Shown here piece by piece: positions 1 to 7,244 of a DNA stretch of 32,000 bases (positions within the stretch are counted from its first letter, which is position 1; the number at the start of each line of letters is the position of its first letter). This stretch comes from an uncultured Planctomycetia bacterium (GTDB lineage Bacteria; Omnitrophota; Gorgyraeia; Duberdicusellales; 4484-171): positions 39,172 to 71,171 of the forward strand of contig CAZHYN010000006.1 of NCBI GenBank assembly GCA_964536865.1, read 5' to 3'. The notes under the pieces were generated by a model that saw only the letters and a list, made by a program, of their open reading frames with translations, made no database searches and had not been told where the DNA came from. Made by a program: the position numbers and the translations under genes.

Positions 1-1
1 A

Positions 2-1399
2 ATCAGGAAGCAACTTCGAGGAAAGGTCTATCGGTCACAATATAAGATGCGAGGAGTTAAGAAAAATGGAGAAATTGTTTGGGTTGATGTTTCTTTAGCT
101 AGAATTATTTATCAAGGTAAACCTGCAGTTCAAGTAACTTTTATAGATATAACTGAGAAGAAAAAAATCCAAGAACAACTTCAACGACTCAATAGAGAAC
201 TCCTGAAGTCAAATAAGCGTTTAAATCAATTGGTTTTAAAAGATTCTCTTACTGGGGTTTATAACTACCGCTATCTTGAGGAAGTAATTGAAAGAGAGTT
301 TTATCGTGCTAAAAGATATGGGCATCCATTTTCTGTAATAATGTTAGATATAGATTACTTTAAATCTATAAATGAGATTTATGGGCAGAAATTCGGAGAT
401 TTAATATTAAAGCAGGTTGCAGAACATCTAAGGAAACTCGTACGTCGCTACGATATTGTTGTCCGATTTGCAGGGGAGGGATTTGTTATTGTATCTTCAG
501 GTACAGATAGAACTACAGCAATGAATTTGGCTTGGAGGATTCTAGATAGTTTTCGTATTTCTAATTTCGGTACCAAAGATAATTCTATAAAACTAAAGTT
601 AAGTATAGGAGTTGTTTCTTATCCTGAGAATTCAGTAGTGAAAGGTTTTGATTTAATTAATTTTGCTGAGAAAGTTTTAAGTAAAGCTAAGGAGGATGGA
701 GGCGATAGAGTATATTCATCTGAAGATTTAGAAGAGAAAGGAGAAGAGATTTCTGGAGAAGAGGCAGAAGGAAAAGAGGTAAAGGATGTTGAGATTCTAA
801 AGGAGAAAATAAAGAAACTTACTAAGGAGGCTAATCAGAGTCTGATAGAGGCAGTTTTTGCCTTTGCTCGCACGATTAAATTAAAGGATAGTTATACAGG
901 AGAACATGTAGAAAGTACGGTTTACTACGCTACCGAGATTGCTCGTAAGTTAGGTTTATCATCTCGAGAAGTAGAACTTATAAGGCAGGCAGCAATTTTG
1001 CATGATTTAGGGAAAGTAGGTATAAGTGAAAGGCTCCTTCTTAAGAATGCTAAGTTTACTAAACGAGAGTTGAAGCAAATTAGAAAACATCCTCAGATTG
1101 CTATAGATATTATAAGGCCAATCCATTCTTTACATGATATCATTCCTTTTATTCTTTATCATCACGAGAGATGGGATGGAAAAGGTTACCCTAGTGGTTT
1201 AAAAGGGGAAGAGATTCCTCTGGGAGCAAGAGTTATTGCTGTTGCCGATGTATATCAAGCTTTGATTTCTAATCGTCCCTATCGAAAAGCTTATCCTAAA
1301 AAGAAAGCTATTCAGATAATTAAAAAAGGAAGAGGCACACAATTTGATCCTCAGGTAGTAGATGCGTTTTTAGAGATTCTTCATAAAGAGGAAAGGTAA
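2..1399 (+). CDS. PAS / degenerate GGDEF / HD-GYP c-di-GMP signalling protein; 5' end cut by the window edge
   Basis: The frame is open from nt 2, so the ATG at 47 is probably internal. PAS-like C-terminal strand GEIVWVDVSLARIIYQGKPAVQVTFIDITEKK. The GGDEF position reads RFAGEGF, with an RxxD I-site (RRYD) 5 residues upstream. HD-GYP motifs: HDLGK and HHERWDGKGYP. Confidence 0.85.
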   Translation: MRKQLRGKVYRSQYKMRGVKKNGEIVWVDVSLARIIYQGKPAVQVTFIDITEKKKIQEQLQRLNRELLKSNKRLNQLVLKDSLTGVYNYRYLEEVIEREFYRAKRYGHPFSVIMLDIDYFKSINEIYGQKFGDLILKQVAEHLRKLVRRYDIVVRFAGEGFVIVSSGTDRTTAMNLAWRILDSFRISNFGTKDNSIKLKLSIGVVSYPENSVVKGFDLINFAEKVLSKAKEDGGDRVYSSEDLEEKGEEISGEEAEGKEVKDVEILKEKIKKLTKEANQSLIEAVFAFARTIKLKDSYTGEHVESTVYYATEIARKLGLSSREVELIRQAAILHDLGKVGISERLLLKNAKFTKRELKQIRKHPQIAIDIIRPIHSLHDIIPFILYHHERWDGKGYPSGLKGEEIPLGARVIAVADVYQALISNRPYRKAYPKKKAIQIIKKGRGTQFDPQVVDAFLEILHKEER

Positions 1400-1424
1400 A
1401 ATACTAAATTAAATTTAACCACTT

Positions 1425-1444
1425 CTTGTGGGAGTCCTCGCAAG
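1425..1444 (+). terminator. weak candidate intrinsic terminator hairpin after the HD-GYP gene
   Basis: CTTGTGGG (1425-1432) pairs with CTCGCAAG (1437-1444): 8 bp including 2 G-U pairs. It is followed by CCATTTTAT, only a short T-run. Confidence 0.25.
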
Positions 1445-1642
1445 CCATTTTATAAAGAGAGTAGAAATATTTTTGGATAATCAAGAGGAGCTTATAGTGT
1501 ATAAGTTTTTCTTTTAATGAGGAGATTGTAAAAAATTACAGGAGGCTTTTTAGAAAAAGAGTTTATCCTTTGGAAATTGTCTTCTCAAGAACATCCTGTC
1601 AGCTCTAAATAATTATGCACCTTTTATTAAATTACAAAATTC

Positions 1643-1670
1643 TTGCCTAAATATTTTTCTATGTTATAAT
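1643..1670 (+). promoter_or_regulatory. sigma70-like promoter for the tRNA-Phe locus
   Basis: -35 TTGCCT (1643-1648), 16-nt spacer, perfect -10 TATAAT (1665-1670). It lies about 20 nt upstream of the orphan tRNA-Phe 5' half. Confidence 0.5.
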
Positions 1671-1688
1671 TTTCTAACAATTTAGTAA

Positions 1689-1724
1689 GTGCCGAGGTAG
1701 CTCAGGAGGTAGAGCGAGGGACTG
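1689..1724 (+). repeat. orphan exact duplicate of the tRNA-Phe 5' half (2 leader nt plus tRNA nt 1-34)
   Basis: The 36 nt at 1689-1724 are identical to 1824-1859. Identity ends after anticodon position 34 (..GACTG). Confidence 0.9.
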
Positions 1725-1725
1725 T

Positions 1726-1773
1726 ATGTGATCTCCGACGTTAGTCGGAGTTGCCCGAAGGGCAAAATCACAT
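1726..1773 (+). other. predicted compact three-way-junction fold immediately after the orphan 5' half
   Basis: Outer stem ATGTGAT (1726-1732) / ATCACAT (1767-1773). Hairpin 1: CTCCGAC (1733-1739) / GTCGGAG (1744-1750), loop GTTA. Hairpin 2: TTGCCC (1751-1756) / GGGCAA (1760-1765), loop GAA. Only 1 unpaired junction nt. Confidence 0.4.
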
Positions 1774-1825
1774 CCAGTTATTACTTTTGCTTAATCGAAA
1801 AACTTTTGATTAAAAATAAAACTGT

Positions 1826-1898
1826 GCCGAGGTAGCTCAGGAGGTAGAGCGAGGGACTGAAAATCCCTGCGTCGGGGGTTCGACTCCCTCCCTCGGCA
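1826..1898 (+). tRNA. tRNA-Phe (anticodon GAA), CCA not encoded
   Basis: Cloverleaf by hand: GCCGAGG-TA-GCTC-AGGAGGTA-GAGC-G-AGGGA-CTGAAAA-TCCCT-GCGTC-GGGGG-TTCGACT-CCCTC-CCTCGGC-A (73 nt). Confidence 0.95.
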
Positions 1899-2025
1899 CT
1901 TTTATCTCTAATTTATAAGTTTATTCTCCTCTCTGTGCGTCTTTAAGTGTTCCTAGGCAATGTCGGATCCAACATATAAATACTTTGGTTTCACCAAAGG
2001 TTGGATACGACTCCCTCCCTCGGCA
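1899..2025 (+). repeat. module Phe-A: variable segment + nested hairpin + exact copy of tRNA-Phe nt 56-73
   Basis: CGACTCCCTCCCTCGGCA at 2008-2025 equals 1881-1898. Outer stem 1967-1973 / 2000-2006, 9-nt 5' internal loop ATATAAATA, inner hairpin 1983-1988 / 1994-1999. Confidence 0.8.
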
Positions 2026-2150
2026 TAGTTTATCCTCACATTCATTAACTTCTTTTTTAAGCTGGAAGTTAGCTCTGAGACGAAAGTATCGTCGGAACAA
2101 ATAAGGGAAAATCGCCTTTGGCGAATTTGTTACGACTCCCTCCCTCGGCA
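2026..2150 (+). repeat. module Phe-B: variable segment + nested hairpin + exact copy of tRNA-Phe nt 56-73
   Basis: CGACTCCCTCCCTCGGCA at 2133-2150. Outer stem AACAAAT (2096-2102) / ATTTGTT (2125-2131), 9-nt internal loop AAGGGAAAA, inner hairpin TCGCC (2112-2116) / GGCGA (2120-2124). Followed by CTTTTTGTTTTT. Confidence 0.8.
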
Positions 2151-2227
2151 CTTTTTGTTTTTAAAGTCAGAATTGGAGATATTTTATTTCTGAAGTTACT
2201 TCCTACTTTATTATCTTATTAGTGTTC

Positions 2228-2611
2228 CTATTTTGATAGAAAAGATATGATTTTAGGGAAAAAGAGGATTAAGCCAATAATTATTGCTCCTAAAGAGGAG
2301 AGGAGAACTGCTGCGGATGATATATCTTTAAGGAGCTTTATTTTAGGATCATTTTGAGGCTGGATCATATTAAGAATATACTCCACAAGAGTATTAAAAA
2401 CTTCACATACGAAAACACCAACAGTAACAATTATCAATATAACAAGTTCATCTGGAGAGAGTTTAAAAATGATACCGAACACAATTACTATCAAGCCAAT
2501 GAGGAATATAAGACGCGCATTTCTTTCCGTTGCAAGTACAACTTTTAATCCTTTTAAAGCTCCCAAAAGACTTTCTCTTATGTTTCTATGTTTCCAAATT
2601 TTATTAGCCAT
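2228..2611 (-). CDS. dgkA: diacylglycerol kinase / undecaprenol kinase family membrane protein
   Basis: 127 aa with three TM segments. DgkA-type motifs: ERNARL, EVFNTLVEYILNMI (E-x-x-N-T-x-x-E), KDISSAAVL. Confidence 0.85.
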   Translation of the reverse strand: MANKIWKHRNIRESLLGALKGLKVVLATERNARLIFLIGLIVIVFGIIFKLSPDELVILIIVTVGVFVCEVFNTLVEYILNMIQPQNDPKIKLLKDISSAAVLLSSLGAIIIGLILFFPKIISFLSK

Positions 2612-2640
2612 TAATTTTCTTTGCTATTCTTTATGCAATA

Positions 2641-5600
2641 TCAAAATGGTAAACCAAATCCTCCATGGAGACGTGAGCGAGTAGTATCTTTATCTGCTCC
2701 TATCTTAAATCCATAGTCTAATTTTACAAATCCCCATTTTGTTCTAAATCGCAATCCTATCCCACCTCCGCTTTTAAATTTATTCAAAGAAAAATCATTC
2801 GCTTCCTCTATTAGAAATCCTGTATCCAAAAATGCAGCTCCATAGAGTAGATTCTTATACAAAGGAAATCTAAATTCTATATTGATTACACCAAAAAAAT
2901 TCCCTCCTAACGGAAGAAGATTGTTATCTAGCATTCCTACTTTTCTTCCTTTGTACCCTCTTATAGTAGAAGAACCTCCTATATAAAACTTTTCAAAAAA
3001 AGGAACTTCATTAGTTCCCCCAAAAGCATCTAAATATCCCCATTTAGTTCTGAGTACAAACACTCTATCTTTTTTAAGATTATAATAACGGCGGTAATCT
3101 AATTGAATTCTATAGAAATCAAAATCTGAACCAATAATTTGAGAAGAGATGTCTTGTTGAATTTTAAAGTAGGTTCCACTGGTAGGATAAATTTTATCAT
3201 TAGTAGTTTTTCTTAGAAATTTTATGAATAAGAAATCTACTTTAGGTTTTCCATAATAACTTTTAATTTTGACAGGTGCAGAAGGGTCTAAATCATAAAT
3301 ACTATACTTATAGGAGGAAAATCCTAAATAGATTTTACTATTTTGTGTAAAATATGTTCCCAGATAGAGATCGTACATAAGTTTCCCTTTCAAATTATAT
3401 CTTGAATCTGATTCCCATCGTCCCTTAAATGAGAGGCCACCAAAGAATATACTGTTCAATATTTCATCCTTTTCAAAGCCTAATTTTAACTTCTTTTCAT
3501 AAGAGGAGTATTTACCTCCAAAAATACCCTTAAAGTTCTTATGTTCATACTTTAGGTGTGCTTTTTCTCCAGTAGGTGCGGATATTTTTAGTTCTCCTAT
3601 TCTTTGGATTTTCTTTTCCTCTTTTAAAGTAAGATTAAGAAATTCTAAAATTTTATTTTCGACGTATCCAAAAGATAAGTAAGAACTGAAGTGCCCCTCC
3701 GGAAGCCAAATAATGCGGGGATATTCCAGAGAACGCCATAGACTCACGCTACACTCAGAGGGCATGTCCTTGTCAAATAGAGCATTTATCATAAGGATAG
3801 TTTTGTTTTTGGCTTTAAAAGAAAAATTTAAAGGATCGATAATATTTACCTCTTCTAGGATTTTCTGTATCTGTTTTTCTTTAAGTTTTAATCTATATTT
3901 TTTAAGTAATCTACTCTTTAGTATAAACTTTTCGAAATCTGCACCCCCAAGGAGAAATACACCTCTGTTTATCGTTGCATCTTTGCCTAGAAGAGTTCCT
4001 GCAATGATAGCTCCTAGACTTAATCCTCCCAGAGCTATCCTATCATTATTTATAAAAGATTGTCTCTTCAGCCACTCTAAGGTATTTCCCCCTTCAATAG
4101 TTAGTTCTTTTATTAGATCTGTATAAATTTTTACTCTTTTTTGAAGGGATATATTCCTTAGTCTATCTTTATGTTGATGGTAAAATTTTTTTGCACCTAG
4201 TTCTAAAGTTACAAAAGCAAAATTATTCTTCGTTAAGAATTTTCCTAAATTTTCTTCAATGAATTTACTTACCCCTCCAGAGTGAGGGAGGAAAAATAAA
4301 CAAGGATATTTTCCCTTCTTATTAGAAAGGAAGAGATAGATAAAAATATATTTGTTAGGTAATTTTAAATCTAATTTGCTTTCATAAACAAAAGTTAATT
4401 TTCTATAGTATTTTTTATTTTCTTCTTTTTCTAAAATAGGAAATATTTCTCTTTCATTTTCTTTCAAAAATCGATAAGGATTTTTAGTAGTTTTTGGAGG
4501 CAATTTTTTGCCAAATTCTTTTTCTAGGGAAAAATCAATTTCTTTTTCAGAGAGGAGGAAATACAGTCTTAGTTCATCAGGAACGAACAAGACACTTTGT
4601 AAAGTTCCCCCTCCTTTCCCTATAGGTGGTGTTCTTAATAAATTAAATGTACTTTTTAAATCAAACTTTTTATTGCCTCTCGCAGTTTTCTTGAACTGAA
4701 CCAATCGCTTATACGAACTAGTTTCTTCTAATTTTGTCTTTGGATACACCGCTTTCATAGTTTGGAATAGTCTTTCTGTGAGATAGTGATTTACAGCAAT
4801 AAGATACTTATCTTTTGGAAAAATAATCTCGTACATTCTTGCTGAGACTTCTGCGACAAATGCACTGTTCGTTTTCCCATCAGTTATAGTTATGGTATAT
4901 CCCCTCATTCTTTTTGATTTAGATATTTCTCTTAGAGCTTTCCATAGATCAGGAGAATATTGGATAATTTTCCTTAAAAGGAACATAATCGGGATTCCAG
5001 TTTTTGATAAATCTTCAGTTCCCACTCCAGTTTCTCCTAAAGATATTCTATTTGCATTCATACCAGTTAACACTCCACACATTCCTGGCCAGCCAATGTG
5101 CACAAAAGGAAAGCCATTGTCGGGTTCTACGAAAAAGATTACCCTATTTTTAAATAGATTTTTTCGTGGAGCAAAACCTAGATTTCTTCCATGAAAAAGT
5201 TTGTTACTTTGAGTTAATTCAGGCAAAAGTACGAAATTAGTACATGTTTTTTTAATTTTTCTTAAGAGAGGCATAACATCTAGAAAGGTATGCATCAGAA
5301 GAATTTTTTGATAAGATAGACCGCTTCCTTTAGCCACTCCTCTCATTTCTTCCCTAAATTCAGAAGGGATATATTTTTCTAATTGTCTCGATTTAAGTTT
5401 AAAGTACTGCAAGATAATCCACCGTTTTAATTTTGAATGAGAAGAACTTTGGAGAAGCTCTTTTAAGAAGTAATTATTATAAAGTTGACGAATTTGGTTT
5501 CTTAAAAGATATCCGTGCTGAAATCCTCTTATAAATGGAGAACCTTTAAGATGAACTACAAGAATTCCATTTGTATTTTTTAAAGACGCTCCTTTTAGAT

Positions 5601-5679
5601 AGTTTACTTTAGGTGAAGTGGAAGAAGGAAGGATAAAGAAAATAGTAATAGTAAAAATCGAAACAATAAATTTCTTCAC
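2641..5679 (-). CDS. secreted multidomain protein: C45-type Ntn hydrolase/acyltransferase + alpha/beta-hydrolase + C-terminal Omp85-type beta-barrel
   Basis: Signal peptide MKKFIVSIFTITIFFILPSS. C45-like RGFQHGYLL, KTCTNF..HGRNLGF, HIGWPGMCGVLTGMN. GxSxG nucleophile elbow GGLSLGAIIAG. Omp85 / bacterial-surface-antigen motifs FYIGGSSTIRGY and GGGIGLRFRTKWGFVKLDYGF. C-terminal residue is Phe. Confidence 0.75.
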   Translation of the reverse strand: MKKFIVSIFTITIFFILPSSTSPKVNYLKGASLKNTNGILVVHLKGSPFIRGFQHGYLLRNQIRQLYNNYFLKELLQSSSHSKLKRWIILQYFKLKSRQLEKYIPSEFREEMRGVAKGSGLSYQKILLMHTFLDVMPLLRKIKKTCTNFVLLPELTQSNKLFHGRNLGFAPRKNLFKNRVIFFVEPDNGFPFVHIGWPGMCGVLTGMNANRISLGETGVGTEDLSKTGIPIMFLLRKIIQYSPDLWKALREISKSKRMRGYTITITDGKTNSAFVAEVSARMYEIIFPKDKYLIAVNHYLTERLFQTMKAVYPKTKLEETSSYKRLVQFKKTARGNKKFDLKSTFNLLRTPPIGKGGGTLQSVLFVPDELRLYFLLSEKEIDFSLEKEFGKKLPPKTTKNPYRFLKENEREIFPILEKEENKKYYRKLTFVYESKLDLKLPNKYIFIYLFLSNKKGKYPCLFFLPHSGGVSKFIEENLGKFLTKNNFAFVTLELGAKKFYHQHKDRLRNISLQKRVKIYTDLIKELTIEGGNTLEWLKRQSFINNDRIALGGLSLGAIIAGTLLGKDATINRGVFLLGGADFEKFILKSRLLKKYRLKLKEKQIQKILEEVNIIDPLNFSFKAKNKTILMINALFDKDMPSECSVSLWRSLEYPRIIWLPEGHFSSYLSFGYVENKILEFLNLTLKEEKKIQRIGELKISAPTGEKAHLKYEHKNFKGIFGGKYSSYEKKLKLGFEKDEILNSIFFGGLSFKGRWESDSRYNLKGKLMYDLYLGTYFTQNSKIYLGFSSYKYSIYDLDPSAPVKIKSYYGKPKVDFLFIKFLRKTTNDKIYPTSGTYFKIQQDISSQIIGSDFDFYRIQLDYRRYYNLKKDRVFVLRTKWGYLDAFGGTNEVPFFEKFYIGGSSTIRGYKGRKVGMLDNNLLPLGGNFFGVINIEFRFPLYKNLLYGAAFLDTGFLIEEANDFSLNKFKSGGGIGLRFRTKWGFVKLDYGFKIGADKDTTRSRLHGGFGLPF

Positions 5680-5689
5680 AAAATCTATT

Positions 5690-7087
5690 TTAATACTTCA
5701 GAATATACTTTTCAATCTTTTGCGGAGAGTCTAAATCTCTGTTAATTTCTTTCCAGACGTCTTTGCTCTCCATGCATAAATATATAGGTGTTTTTGTGTC
5801 GTATTTTCTTATCCAGGATATCGTTTTTTTATAAATTTCAATTCTTAAAAATGCAGGATACCTCAATTTTTTATCTTCTCCTAAAAAGAGCTCTCCATAG
5901 AATATCTTACTTTCTGGAAATCTTTGCTCAACAATATCTTTTAACTCTCTCGGACCACGAAGAGTTCCTAGGCTGATCCATTTAAAAGGAGGGTTTAAGG
6001 TGCGATACAATTCATCTATTATCTTCCTATAAGAATTTTCCCATCCCTCAAAATATATTATAGGATCGAAATGAAATCCTAAAGAAAAGCCCTTCCTCTG
6101 TACCTCTTTAGCTGATTCAATCCTTTCTTCTAAAGTGGAAGTACCTATCTCTTCTTTTTCTATGATTTCCCAGGGATTGAGAGACCAAGAAATGACTATA
6201 TTAGGAGAGGCTTGACATTCTAAGAGATTGTTTATTTTTTTACTCTTTGTTTTTAACTCAAAATATAGATTTTTATCTTTAAAAAAATTAATTAAAATTT
6301 TGCTATACTCAGTGATATCATCTAAAGCTAAAGAGTCACAGAACTCACCTGTGCCAATTCTTATTGGTTTTTTTAATTTTCTGTAGAATTCTTTAAATTT
6401 ACTAAAAAAGTCGTCCAAATTTGAAGGGAGGATGACGCCAGGAAAGTTAGAGTAAACTTGAAGGTAACAGTAAGTACAATCAAAGGGACAGCCAAAACCT
6501 AAGTTAAATATCCAATAGTTACATCTCAATACATTTTTTGTGCAGGGGCAGGGCTTTAAGAAGTCCCACCTTTCCTTTACTACAAAAATAATTGGTTTTT
6601 TAAAATCTGCTAAGCTGAACTTATGTGTTTTTAAATATTCAGCATAGTAGGGGATCTCGCAAATTTCTATATAAGGAAATTTCTTTTTTATCTTCTTTAT
6701 AAGATAACTACATTTAGCCTCTTTTTCTACAAATACCTTTTGAGGAATGATACTTTCTTGATGTGGAGAGGGGTGATAACAGTTTCGGAGAGGTTCTTTT
6801 AAAGATGAGAGGTAAATAGTTTTTGTATCAATTTTAGAGAGCCTTGCTGTGAGGGGGAATCTTAAATTTATCAGGTTTTCCTTTAAAACGAAGAATTTAT
6901 TTCTTCCACCTGTTTTTCTTATTCTGGGATTATTCTTCAATTCTTCTATTAGAGTGTAAGGTTGTATATCTTTAATAATACATATTTCATATATTAAACG
7001 CTGTAAGTCTCTGAGCTGATTGCGGTTAGGAGAGAAAGCAACTTCCCTTTCTAAAATAGATTTTAAATTTTTTAGAGCCTCTTGCAT
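5690..7087 (-). CDS. spore-photoproduct-lyase (SPL) family radical SAM protein with an N-terminal extension of about 190 aa
   Basis: KPCPCTKNVLRCNYWIFNLGFGCPFDCTYCYLQVY: a CxxxCxxC cluster in the SPL-type context (..YC.LQ.Y). Ends 10 nt upstream of the next gene. Confidence 0.7.
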   Translation of the reverse strand: MQEALKNLKSILEREVAFSPNRNQLRDLQRLIYEICIIKDIQPYTLIEELKNNPRIRKTGGRNKFFVLKENLINLRFPLTARLSKIDTKTIYLSSLKEPLRNCYHPSPHQESIIPQKVFVEKEAKCSYLIKKIKKKFPYIEICEIPYYAEYLKTHKFSLADFKKPIIFVVKERWDFLKPCPCTKNVLRCNYWIFNLGFGCPFDCTYCYLQVYSNFPGVILPSNLDDFFSKFKEFYRKLKKPIRIGTGEFCDSLALDDITEYSKILINFFKDKNLYFELKTKSKKINNLLECQASPNIVISWSLNPWEIIEKEEIGTSTLEERIESAKEVQRKGFSLGFHFDPIIYFEGWENSYRKIIDELYRTLNPPFKWISLGTLRGPRELKDIVEQRFPESKIFYGELFLGEDKKLRYPAFLRIEIYKKTISWIRKYDTKTPIYLCMESKDVWKEINRDLDSPQKIEKYILKY

Positions 7088-7191
7088 AAGTTAACCCAAA
7101 ATTTGCACCAGAGTTTTGAAAAACTCTCTAATCATTCAAAATGTTATAGTTTACAGTAAAGCTTTACACCAAAAAGATACAAAGGCAAATT

Positions 7192-7244
7192 CCAGCCCAT
7201 TTTTAATGGGCTGGGTTAACCCAGCCCTTTCAAAAGAAAGGGCT
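7192..7244. repeat. three mutually exclusive GC-rich inverted repeats at the 3' end of the GT2 gene
   Basis: Hairpin A: CCAGCCCAT (7192-7200) / ATGGGCTGG (7206-7214). Perfect 20-bp palindrome GGGCTGGGTTAACCCAGCCC (7208-7227). Hairpin C: AGCCCTTTC (7223-7231) / GAAAGGGCT (7236-7244). Confidence 0.6.

Noticed and set aside
1726-1773. Hammerhead-type ribozyme, because of the three-way junction
   Set aside because: The junction has essentially no unpaired nucleotides and lacks the conserved CUGANGA / GAAA core.
1881-2150. CRISPR-like reading of the three 18-nt repeats with spacers of about 107 nt
   Set aside because: There are only 3 copies, the repeat is a tRNA 3' end rather than a CRISPR repeat, the spacers are far longer than CRISPR spacers, and no cas genes are nearby.
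1689-2150. Split or trans-spliced tRNA-Phe (Nanoarchaeum-style halves), or a group I intron in the anticodon loop
   Set aside because: The 3' pieces start only at nt 56, so anticodon-arm 3' halves are missing. The 101-nt insert after the 5' half is followed by a complete tRNA, not a 3' exon, and it is too short for a group I intron.
1921-2151. 76-aa minus-strand ORF spanning the tRNA-Phe 3' modules
   Set aside because: Its start (MPREG) and an internal RGRES motif are just the reverse translation of the repeated tRNA 3' block. It has no SD sequence and lies wholly within repeat and hairpin DNA. It is most likely a spurious ORF.
2354-5194. Plus-strand ORFs 2354-2548, 2469-2684, 3713-4126, 4508-4699 and 4892-5194
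   Set aside because: They lie antisense inside dgkA and the 1012-aa gene, which have clear family motifs. Their sequences are low-complexity shadow-frame products with no SD sequences.
7144-7200. 18-aa minus-strand sORF (MGWNLPLYLFGVKLYCKL) as a possible RiPP precursor for the radical SAM cluster
   Set aside because: It has no SD sequence, its start codon is buried in hairpin A, and it is very short. The sequence offers no supporting evidence, so it is recorded only as a possibility.
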